Made by a program: the position numbers and the translations under genes. Of a stretch of 64,000 bases of DNA, positions 54,078 to 62,174 are shown one piece after another. Under the pieces are notes generated by a model. That model was not told the DNA's origin. It did no database searches and saw nothing but the letters and a program-made list of their open reading frames with translations. The stretch spans positions 13,983 through 77,982 of the forward strand of contig JBMTIM010000004.1 in the NCBI GenBank assembly GCA_049437325.1, written 5' to 3'. This DNA comes from Acidimicrobiales bacterium (GTDB lineage Bacteria > Actinomycetota > Acidimicrobiia > Acidimicrobiales > Aldehydirespiratoraceae). Positions within the stretch are counted from its first letter, which is position 1. The number at the start of each line of letters is the position of its first letter.

Positions 54078-54716
54078 CTACCTGCGCTCGAGCGCGCGTC
54101 GGTAGAAGTCGATCTCGAACCCGTGGTGGCGGGTGATCGCGGCTCGTGTGGAGGCGTCGATGGGAGTCGGCGGACGCGGCGTGCGATTGGCATGGATGAC
54201 GCTCGGTGTCGTCCGCCATCGGAGATGTCGAGCCAATCGCTGCAGATCGTCCTCGAAGTGTTCGGTGAAGCCGATGAAGTCGAAGTCTTCGAGACCGTCG
54301 GTGCCGTCGAGGAAGATGTGCTCGAACTGTCCGACCACCACATCCCATGCAGCGAACTCGGCCAGGGACATGTCGGTCGCTTTGAACGACTGATGGTGCG
54401 ATTCGTCCGTGGCCGGCGTTGCGCTCCAGAAGTCGTACCAGCTTCGGATCCGCTCGACCGGATCTCGCATCCACATCACCAGGTGTGCGTTGCGGGCTGC
54501 ACTCCACAACTGGGCCGGGCGAAAATGGCCGTGGGCGGCGCGGTACGCCCGGCCGTCGACGAGGAGATCGTCGTAGATCGTGACGAGGTCATCGCCGTAC
54601 TCCTGTTCGAGCGCAGCACGGAACGACCAACCCGCTGTCTTCGGAAGGTGGATGCTGACGAGTTCGAGACGGCTCGGTCGGAGGCGGCCGAGGCGGTTGC
54701 GAAGCGTCGGACTCAG
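54078..54716 (-). CDS. Sulfotransferase-family protein; no canonical start upstream of the PAPS-binding motif
   Basis: The frame stays open upstream of the ORF-track TTG start (54509) and encodes VSIHLPKTAGWSFRAALEQEYG, a 5'-PSB-like motif. No ATG/GTG/TTG occurs in frame between the open-frame region inside gltA and 54509. The CTG at 54716-54714 overlaps the gltA stop (CTGA). Confidence 0.55.
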   Translation of the reverse strand: MSPTLRNRLGRLRPSRLELVSIHLPKTAGWSFRAALEQEYGDDLVTIYDDLLVDGRAYRAAHGHFRPAQLWSAARNAHLVMWMRDPVERIRSWYDFWSATPATDESHHQSFKATDMSLAEFAAWDVVVGQFEHIFLDGTDGLEDFDFIGFTEHFEDDLQRLARHLRWRTTPSVIHANRTPRPPTPIDASTRAAITRHHGFEIDFYRRALERR

Positions 54717-56032
54717 CGTTCGCCGATCGGCACATAGGGCCGCTCGCTCGCCCCGATGTAGAGCTGACGTGGCCGCGCAATACGACTGTTCTGGGCCAGC
54801 ATCTCGTCCCAGTGGGCGAGCCAGCCAGGGGTGCGACCGATGGCGAACAGCACCGTGAACATGTCGCGAGGGAAGCCCATCGACTCGTAGATCAGGCCGC
54901 TGTAGAAATCGACATTCGGATAGAGGCGACGGCTGACGAAGTACTCGTCTTCGAGGGCAACCTCCTCGAGCTTGAGTGCGATGTCGAGCAGCGGGTTGGT
55001 GCCGGTGACGGCGAAGACGTCGTAGGCGGCTTGCTTGATGATGCGGGCACGGGGGTCATAGTTCTTGTAGACGCGGTGACCGAAGCCCATCAGGCGTTCT
55101 TTGCCCGCCTTGACCCCTTCGATGAACGGTTCGACGTTGTCGTAGGACCCGATGTCGTCGAGCATCCGGAGCACGGCCTCGTTGGCGCCGCCGTGGCGTG
55201 GGCCGTAGAGGGCACCACATGCTGCGCCGATGGCGGTGTACGGATCGGTGTGGGACGAACCGACCACACGGGCGGCCGTGGTTGAACAGTTCTGCTCGTG
55301 ATCGGCGTGGAGGATCAGCAGGATCTCCATTGCTTTCTCGAAGGCCGGATCCACTTCGTAGGGTGAACCGATCTCGAACATCATCTTGAGGAAGTTCGGC
55401 GCGTAGCCGAGTTCGTTGTCGGGGTAGACGAACGGCTGGCCCCTGCGATGCCGGAATGCAGATGCAGCGAGCGTGGGGATCTTTGCGATCAGGCGGATTG
55501 CGTTCTCCATCCGCTTGTCTGCGTCCTCGATGTCTTTCGAGTCGGGATAGAAGGTCGACAGGCCACTCACCCCCGACATGAGAAGGCCCATCGGATGTGC
55601 GTCGTAGTGGTAGGCGTCGTACATGCGGCGACGGAACTTCTCGTGCACGAAGGTGTGGTACGTGACGTCGTGGACGAAGCCGTCGAGCTCGGCCTGCGTG
55701 GGAAGTTCGCCGTGGAGCAGCAGGTACGAAACCTCGAGGAAGGAACTTTGCTCGGCGAGTTGCTCGATGGGGTAGCCGCGGTATCGCAGGATGCCGTTGT
55801 CGCCGTCGAGTTCGGTGATGGCACTCTCGGCACCCGACGTTGTCGCCAACCCCGGATCGTGGAACCAGATGCCGGGAAGCAGCTTGCGCCACTCGGCGGC
55901 ATCGACACCGCCGTTGTGGAGGGGGATCTCGAGCGACTCACCGGTCCTGTTGTCGGTGATAGTGATGCTTTCGGTCACGTCGCTCGCGCTCCTCTCGTCC
56001 TGCGCCCGAAGTCCGTGGCGCGACGCCGACAA
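54713..56032 (-). CDS. gltA: Citrate synthase (type II)
   Basis: GILRYRGYPIEQLA, HADHEQNCST, GPRHGGANE, MGFGHRVYKNYDPR. The GTG at 55978 (AGGAG upstream) is an alternative start. Confidence 0.95.
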   Translation of the reverse strand: MSASRHGLRAQDERSASDVTESITITDNRTGESLEIPLHNGGVDAAEWRKLLPGIWFHDPGLATTSGAESAITELDGDNGILRYRGYPIEQLAEQSSFLEVSYLLLHGELPTQAELDGFVHDVTYHTFVHEKFRRRMYDAYHYDAHPMGLLMSGVSGLSTFYPDSKDIEDADKRMENAIRLIAKIPTLAASAFRHRRGQPFVYPDNELGYAPNFLKMMFEIGSPYEVDPAFEKAMEILLILHADHEQNCSTTAARVVGSSHTDPYTAIGAACGALYGPRHGGANEAVLRMLDDIGSYDNVEPFIEGVKAGKERLMGFGHRVYKNYDPRARIIKQAAYDVFAVTGTNPLLDIALKLEEVALEDEYFVSRRLYPNVDFYSGLIYESMGFPRDMFTVLFAIGRTPGWLAHWDEMLAQNSRIARPRQLYIGASERPYVPIGER

Positions 56033-56095
56033 CCTAGTGGGAAACGGCGCCGGACAGCTACTCCGACCAGACTGCGGCGCAGAGGGTCGACCGTT

Positions 56096-57463
56096 TCAGA
56101 GTGGCGTGTTGTCGTGGCGTCGTCGTGGCAGTTTTTCGCGCTTCGAAACCAGCATCTCGAGTGCAGCATGGATCTCGGTCCGGGTTGCCTCCGGCTCGAT
56201 GACGGCGTCGATCGTGCCTCGCTCGGCTGCGATGTACGGGTTGAGGAGGCGTTCCTCGTAGGCGAGTTCGAGTTCGGCTCGCGCAGCCTCGTCGGCGCCG
56301 CGATGCAAAATCTCTACAGCTCCCTTGGCTCCCATCACCGCGATTTCGGCCGAGGGCCAGGCGAATGCGAGGTCGTTGCCCATGTTCTTCGAATCCATGA
56401 CGATGTATGCACCGCCATACGACTTCCGTGTTGTGAGGTTGACCCGCGGAACCGTTGCCCGAGCGTAGGCGAAGGCCATCTGGGCGCCGTAGCGGATCAT
56501 GCCGCGCCACTCGGTGTCCTTTCCGGGATAGAAGCCGGAGGTGTCGACGATGGTGACGAGTGGGATGTTGAACGCGTCGCAGAAGGCGACGAACCGCCCT
56601 CCTTTCTGACTCGCCGCAATGTCGAGGGTTCCAGCCACCGTCTGTGGCTGGTTTGCCACGACGCCGACCGTGCGGCCGCCGATGGTGGCGAACGCCGTCA
56701 CGAGGTTGGCAGCCCACGAGGCCCGTGGCTCCAACAGATACCCGTCGTCGACAATCGCCGCAATGATCTGGCGGACGTCGTAGGAACCGTTGGTCGACGG
56801 TGGAAGAACGTCGTAGGCCTCTGGTGTCGACCGGTCGACCGGGTCGAGGCATTGCTGCGTCGGACAGTGAGCGTCGGTGTGGTCGGGAAACAACGACAGC
56901 AAGTCCGCTGCGATCACCTCGGCCTCGTCTTCGTCGGACGCCGTGAACGAGGCCAGGCCGGTGGTGCGGTCGTGCACAGATGTGCCTCCGAGCTCGGCTT
57001 TGCTGATCGGCACGCCGGTGAACTCTTCGACCATCATCGGACCCGACATGAAGACGTACGCCTCCGGCGTCATGATCACGTGGTCGGCGAGCCCGAGGAG
57101 GAGGGCGGGGCCAGAAACGGCGGGGCCCGATGCGATGGCAATCGATGGCACCACACCCGAGCACGCAGTGAGTTCCTTGGCCGCAGCTGCCCAGCCTGCA
57201 AGGGCAGCAACTCCCTCGGCCGCATTGGCACCGCTCGATGCAATCCGCAGCAGAATCGGGAGTCGTTGGTCACGGGCTGCCCGGAAGCCGGCAGCCATGG
57301 ACTGGCCGTCGCTCTCGACGAGCGCACCCGCCTGCTCGGTGCCACGGGCGTCGACCTCGACGACCCGACGTCCGGCGAGATCGGTGGTCCGGACCCGGAC
57401 GAACCCTCCGGTTCGGGCGCGCAACTCCGTCGGTGGGAGCGGAGGCGGTTCAGCCACGGTCAT
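56096..57463 (-). CDS. Acyl-CoA carboxylase carboxyltransferase (beta) subunit
   Basis: Carboxyl_trans domain: GGRTVGVVANQP, AASQKGGRFVAFCDAFNIPLVT, SYGGAYIVM. The N-terminus is shorter than in typical AccD/PccB. Confidence 0.85.
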   Translation of the reverse strand: MTVAEPPPLPPTELRARTGGFVRVRTTDLAGRRVVEVDARGTEQAGALVESDGQSMAAGFRAARDQRLPILLRIASSGANAAEGVAALAGWAAAAKELTACSGVVPSIAIASGPAVSGPALLLGLADHVIMTPEAYVFMSGPMMVEEFTGVPISKAELGGTSVHDRTTGLASFTASDEDEAEVIAADLLSLFPDHTDAHCPTQQCLDPVDRSTPEAYDVLPPSTNGSYDVRQIIAAIVDDGYLLEPRASWAANLVTAFATIGGRTVGVVANQPQTVAGTLDIAASQKGGRFVAFCDAFNIPLVTIVDTSGFYPGKDTEWRGMIRYGAQMAFAYARATVPRVNLTTRKSYGGAYIVMDSKNMGNDLAFAWPSAEIAVMGAKGAVEILHRGADEAARAELELAYEERLLNPYIAAERGTIDAVIEPEATRTEIHAALEMLVSKREKLPRRRHDNTPL

Positions 57464-57500
57464 CAGGTTGCAACCTACCGCACGTCCCAGACCGCGCTCA

Positions 57501-58418
57501 TCACGCGATGGTGAGGGGATGAATACCGGCCTGAGCCGGCCCGATGTCGGCGATCAGTGTCGCAAGCGAGTCGATCACTGCTCGGGTCGGCGCCGAGGGC
57601 GGGGAGCGACGGGGCACGGCGACGCCAACCGCCCGATTCGAGAGTCCGTCGACACCGACGCGTACCCACGCACCCTGGAGATATCGGGGTGCAGCACTCG
57701 CAGGGAGGAGTGCTGCACCGAAACCTTGGAACGCAAGGGAAGCCAGGAGCCGGAGACCATCGATCTCGGCGAGTGGTCGAAGGGTGACGCGTGCTCGTCG
57801 GGCATCGGTGTCGATCTCGTCACGAAATGCGGTTCCTGTTGGAGGCAGGAGGAGCTCGTGTTTGGCAGCCTCGGCCAGTTTCACCCGCTTCTTGGCAGCC
57901 AATGGGTGACCGGTCGGTGCCACGATGATCCGATCCTCGTCGAAGAGTGGGCGCGCATCGACATCGGGATCGTCGACCGGCAAGTTGACGACTGCGGCAT
58001 CGAGTTGCTCAGCGATGATCTGAGGGAGGAGCGAGGTGGTGGTCGCCTCGATCAGGACGATGTCGATGTTTGGATGCAGTTCGGCGAGGTGTTCGAGAAA
58101 TGGCTGGGCCAGCCAGCGAGCGGTGGTGCCGATCATGCCGAGCCGAACGTGGCCGGTCACGTTGTCGCGCAACGACGTCAGGTCGTGCTCGATCGAACGC
58201 AACTCGGCAAGAATGCGGCGAGCGCGAGCCGCCACGATTTCACCTTCCGGTGTCAGTTCGCCGTGTGATCGATCGATGAGGGTGGTGCCGACCTCCTGTT
58301 CGAGGCGGGCAACGTGGGTCGACACGTTCGACTGCACCGTGTGAAGCGCCCGAGCGGCGGCTGAGAACGAGCGATGTTCGGCAACGGCAAGGAGGGCATG
58401 GAGCTGGCGAAGGTCCAT
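57501..58418 (-). CDS. LysR-family transcriptional regulator
   Basis: MDLRQLHALLAVAEHRSFSAAARALHTVQSNVSTHVARLE HTH domain plus a LysR substrate-binding domain. ATG at 58418. Confidence 0.92.
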   Translation of the reverse strand: MDLRQLHALLAVAEHRSFSAAARALHTVQSNVSTHVARLEQEVGTTLIDRSHGELTPEGEIVAARARRILAELRSIEHDLTSLRDNVTGHVRLGMIGTTARWLAQPFLEHLAELHPNIDIVLIEATTTSLLPQIIAEQLDAAVVNLPVDDPDVDARPLFDEDRIIVAPTGHPLAAKKRVKLAEAAKHELLLPPTGTAFRDEIDTDARRARVTLRPLAEIDGLRLLASLAFQGFGAALLPASAAPRYLQGAWVRVGVDGLSNRAVGVAVPRRSPPSAPTRAVIDSLATLIADIGPAQAGIHPLTIA

Positions 58419-58489
58419 CGCTGTGAATGATGGCACATATCCAGCGAAACTGTTGGAACGATGGGTCGTTTGCTGCTTTACTGATGAGT

Positions 58490-58612
58490 AACAGGTTCCT
58501 CGGTCCCCCTTACATCCCGAGTCGAACCCAGCAACAAGGATCCCCCCTCCAGAGTTGCTGCGAGGAAGCGGCTGGCCGTCCCCCAAAAACGCCAGCCGCT
58601 TCTCCTTTTTTG
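58490..58612 (+). ncRNA. 6C-like small RNA (hairpins with C-rich loops plus intrinsic terminator)
   Basis: Hairpin 58499-58521 (loop TCCCCCTTACATC). Hairpin 58529-58560 (apical loop TCCCCCC). Terminator stem GAAGCGGCTGGC/GCCAGCCGCTTC (58565-58602, loop CGTCCCCCAAAAAC) followed by TCCTTTTTTGG. Possible promoter TTGGAA-N18-TTTACT at 58453-58482. The 5' end is approximate. Confidence 0.6.
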
Positions 58613-58637
58613 GTCGGCTGTCCTACGCTCACTCCCT

Positions 58638-60218
58638 GTGAACGAGACGCTCGGCATCTACCTCGACGCCGATGGCATCTCGGCCGCAGTGGCCACGTCG
58701 AATGCTGCGCAGCTTCCGCGTGTGCTCTCCCTGGGAACGTCTCGAGCAGCGACCGCGAGCGCAGTCGCCGCTGGCCCGGATGGCAGGGTGCTTGTCGGTG
58801 ACGCTGCGCTCTCGGCCCAGGGTCCGATTGTCACCGATCCGCTCGAACGTGCGGTGAGCGGACGCACGGGTGCCCTCGCTGCCGTCATCACCGACCTGGT
58901 CGATCGGTCGAGGGTTGCAACCACTGCCGGGCGATCACCAGACCGGCTCGCAATCGTCATCCCCGATGATCTCGGTGCGGTTGGCCGAGATCGGGTCGTC
59001 GCTGCGGCCAACAGTGCCGGAATCACCGACGTGAGCCTCGTTCCGTACGGACTTGCGTTCTCGCGCGGCGGGAGCGCCGACGGCAGTGCACTCGCCTCCG
59101 GCGCTGCCCGTATCGGGGCGCTCGACGCGCCAGCACCGCTCGTGACGGCGGAGGAACTCGGCCGGCAGATCGAGACTCCCGCTGCGGCCCCGAACCCTGC
59201 TCCTGTCGCCGATGGACCGGTCTCGGTGTTCGACGAGCCGGACCCACCTCCGGTGCGCAGGGCGCCGGAGCCAGTGGCCTCCCAGCCCCCTCGACCTCGA
59301 CCCGTGTCGCCTGCACCGGCACCGTCCACCTTGGTGGGGACACCGCCACTTCAGGCTGTTCCCCGACGGTCGTTTCCCGCTCCGGCAATCGGCATCGGTG
59401 TCGCATGCATGCTGGTGTTGCTCCTGACTGTCGCGGTCGTGTCGGGCGGTGACGACGACGAAACGGCGACGCCGACGACGACGACGTCCGACATCGGCGT
59501 CACGACTGTGGCGCCGACAACGTCTGGGCTCGAGTCGACGACCGACTCCTCGACGTCAACCCCGCCGAGTACCAGCACCACCGCTGCCTCCACGTCGAGC
59601 AGCAGTTCGACCACGTCTTCCAGTACGACCACGACGACGACCACCCCCGTGCGGGTGGCCATCCCCGGCCCGGTGACGCTTGTCGAGACCGGACTGCAGT
59701 TCGACACCGGCACGGTGGTGCGCTTCGGTGACTCCGAACAAGATGTCATCTCTGCCGCCGAAGCGGTCCTCGGGCCTGCCGACAGCGACTCCGGCCGATC
59801 CAGCAGTGACTTTTGCGACGGCACGGTCGTGCGGTTTGTCCGATGGGGCAAGCTGGAACTTGTCTTCACCGGTGACCCTGGCCCGATCGGTGAGGAGGAG
59901 TCGGGCGCAGGCCAGGACGGTGGCGCCACCGTCGAGCCGCTCGAGTTCAGCCAGTGGTACGCAGACGGCCACCGAGCGCCCACTGGTCTTGTCACGCCGG
60001 AAGGCGTTGGGGAATCTGCGACCGTCGGGCTTCTCGAGGTCACCTACGGAAATGCGCTTGTGCTCGTCCCCGCATTCGAAGACGACATTGTCGGCATCTT
60101 CGCTGTCACCAACCCGGGCACCGGGGCGTTTCTGAACGGCACTACGCTCGGACTCGATCCCGACGGTGTCGTCACCTCCCTGTGGGCAGGCGACAGCTGC
60201 CAACGAATCTTCACCTGA
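58638..60218 (+). CDS. Membrane protein with truncated, degenerate Hsp70/actin-like N-domain, Pro-rich linker, TM helix, Ser/Thr-rich spacer and unknown extracytoplasmic C-domain
   Basis: LGIYLDADGISAAVA / VLVGDAA / AIVIPDDLG...AANSAGITDVSLVPYGLAF parallel the Hsp70 motifs GIDLGTTNS / VITVPAYF / AGL..EPTAA. TM helix FPAPAIGIGVACMLVLLLTVAVV. S/T-rich region 59440-59640. Confidence 0.7.
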   Translation: MNETLGIYLDADGISAAVATSNAAQLPRVLSLGTSRAATASAVAAGPDGRVLVGDAALSAQGPIVTDPLERAVSGRTGALAAVITDLVDRSRVATTAGRSPDRLAIVIPDDLGAVGRDRVVAAANSAGITDVSLVPYGLAFSRGGSADGSALASGAARIGALDAPAPLVTAEELGRQIETPAAAPNPAPVADGPVSVFDEPDPPPVRRAPEPVASQPPRPRPVSPAPAPSTLVGTPPLQAVPRRSFPAPAIGIGVACMLVLLLTVAVVSGGDDDETATPTTTTSDIGVTTVAPTTSGLESTTDSSTSTPPSTSTTAASTSSSSSTTSSSTTTTTTTPVRVAIPGPVTLVETGLQFDTGTVVRFGDSEQDVISAAEAVLGPADSDSGRSSSDFCDGTVVRFVRWGKLELVFTGDPGPIGEEESGAGQDGGATVEPLEFSQWYADGHRAPTGLVTPEGVGESATVGLLEVTYGNALVLVPAFEDDIVGIFAVTNPGTGAFLNGTTLGLDPDGVVTSLWAGDSCQRIFT

Positions 60219-60256
60219 TCACGCTCCGTCGTTGCGGTGGCGCGTCGGCCGAGCGG

Positions 60257-61132
60257 TCAGCGAACGTTCGAGATGATCTCGTCGGCGTACCACTGCATCA
60301 TCGACACTTTCTCGTCGAGTGATTGTGTGTCGGGGCCGGTCTGGTAGGCGTCGCGGAAGCCGACGATCACATCGGTGACCCCTGCCGCTGCGAGTCGTTC
60401 GAGGCCCTCGAGCGAGTAGGCGTCGAGGCTGATCGCATGAACCTCGAAGGGAAGGTCATCTCGGCCATGACGGGTGCGGGCATCGTTGATCGCAGTCATC
60501 ATCCGAGCCAGCTCCTCGGCATCGCCACCACCGTGCATCCAGCCATCGCCAAGGCGTCCGGCTCGTTCGAGCGCCAGCTTCGAGTGACCGCCGACGAGGA
60601 TCGGGACTCGTTCGTCGGGGACAGGACACATCTTGATGGCAGGGAACTCGTAGAACTCACCTTCGTGTGCGTAGTACTCGCCACTGGACAATGCATTGAT
60701 GATTTCGATCATCTCGTCCATACGGGCACCTCGACGATCCCAGGCCGAGTCGGTGACGACGTAGTCCTCGTACCACGGGCTCGTTCCGACTCCGAACCCG
60801 AAACGTCCGCCGGTGAGGACGCCGACCGATGTGACCTGTTTGGCGACGATCACCGGGTGCCGCACGGGCAGCTTGACCACGAAGGTGGTGAAACGGAGCC
60901 GCTCGGTCACGGCGGCGAGCGACGGGATCAGGGTGAAGGGCTCGATGAACGGCTTGCCATCGAGAAACTCGCGCGTGCCGTCGGCGTTGTACGGGTAGGT
61001 CGAGTCGCTCTGTTCCGGATACATGATCGAGTCGGGCACGACCATGGAGTCGAAACCGAGTGCTTCGGCCTCCTTCGCAAGTGGGGCGTACAGGGTGGGG
61101 TCGATCATCGACTCGGCGTAGGAGAAACGCAT
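60257..61132 (-). CDS. Luciferase-like monooxygenase (LLM) class oxidoreductase, probably F420-dependent
   Basis: TIM-barrel LLM pattern (GFDSMVVPDS, LGGRFGFGVG-like GGRFGFGVGTS). Confidence 0.8.
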   Translation of the reverse strand: MRFSYAESMIDPTLYAPLAKEAEALGFDSMVVPDSIMYPEQSDSTYPYNADGTREFLDGKPFIEPFTLIPSLAAVTERLRFTTFVVKLPVRHPVIVAKQVTSVGVLTGGRFGFGVGTSPWYEDYVVTDSAWDRRGARMDEMIEIINALSSGEYYAHEGEFYEFPAIKMCPVPDERVPILVGGHSKLALERAGRLGDGWMHGGGDAEELARMMTAINDARTRHGRDDLPFEVHAISLDAYSLEGLERLAAAGVTDVIVGFRDAYQTGPDTQSLDEKVSMMQWYADEIISNVR

Positions 61133-61223
61133 CCGATCGTTCTACTGCATTTCGACGCAGCTGCGTCGGCCTCGCATTCGTCGGCTCGTGGAGGCGTCGA
61201 AAACGCAGCCGGCCGGATTCGAT

Positions 61224-62174
61224 TCAGATGTCGGGCCAGGTGCGGCGACGCTTCGTGGCACGTCGATCGCCCAGCGCCCACGCTCGCCGCCATCGACCCG
61301 ACTCCGGGCCGGTCAGGTCAGGGCTGTCGCCTGCGTACGCGCGGCGGCGGGCGGTGTACCAGTCGGTCGTCACCTCGTCGGCGAGGGCCGCAACCTCACG
61401 TTCGATACGAGCGGCGAATCGGTTTGCGTTCTCGTCCGGGGCAGGGGTGAGCGGGCGGCCGAAGGTGACCGAGGTCGTGCTCGGTCGTGGCACCGATCGT
61501 CCCTTCCGAAGGATCCGGCCCGTGCCGGCCAGGTGCACAGGGACCACGGGCACGCCGGTCTTCGCCGCCAGGAATGCAGCACCGCCGCGAAACGGCTGAC
61601 CCCAGCCATCGGGGGAGCGACCACCCTCGGGGAAGATCAGCAGGCTCCATCCCTCGCCGATGAGGTCGGCTGCGAGGTTCGCGCTGCGGCGTTCGATCTT
61701 GGTGCGTTCGATCGGGATCGCGCCCATGGCCAGCGACGACAGTGCAGCGGTGACCTTGGTACCGAAGAAGTAGTCGGCTGCGGCACCCACGATCATCTTG
61801 TGGCGCCACGGTTCGGGGATCGAGGTCAGCATCAACGGTGTATCGAGATGGCTGTGATGGTTGGCGGCGAAGATGAGCGGTTCGTCGGGCAGATCGAGGA
61901 GTCGGTCGGCACCGTTGCGCTCCGGTGCGGCCAGACCGGCCACGGCAAGTCGCATCGGGCCCTCGACGATCGCAGCGCGAGCGATCCGAGCCGGCCGTTT
62001 CCGGGCCCACGAGGTGTCGTAGTCACCGCCGGTTGTTCGAATCTGGGGCTTGGGCGCGACCCCTTTGGGGGTCGAGGGTGCCCGCAGGGGGAAGTCCAGG
62101 GCGCCGAAGAGACGGCGCACCGACAGTGCGGCCGGGATCTTCGGAAGTCCCAACTGCTTCGCCAGTTTGCTCAC
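61224..62174 (-). CDS. plsC: Lysophospholipid / 1-acyl-sn-glycerol-3-phosphate acyltransferase family protein
   Basis: HX4D motif NHHSHLD, FPEGGRS motif. GTG start overlaps the upstream stop (GTGA). Confidence 0.85.
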   Translation of the reverse strand: MSKLAKQLGLPKIPAALSVRRLFGALDFPLRAPSTPKGVAPKPQIRTTGGDYDTSWARKRPARIARAAIVEGPMRLAVAGLAAPERNGADRLLDLPDEPLIFAANHHSHLDTPLMLTSIPEPWRHKMIVGAAADYFFGTKVTAALSSLAMGAIPIERTKIERRSANLAADLIGEGWSLLIFPEGGRSPDGWGQPFRGGAAFLAAKTGVPVVPVHLAGTGRILRKGRSVPRPSTTSVTFGRPLTPAPDENANRFAARIEREVAALADEVTTDWYTARRRAYAGDSPDLTGPESGRWRRAWALGDRRATKRRRTWPDI

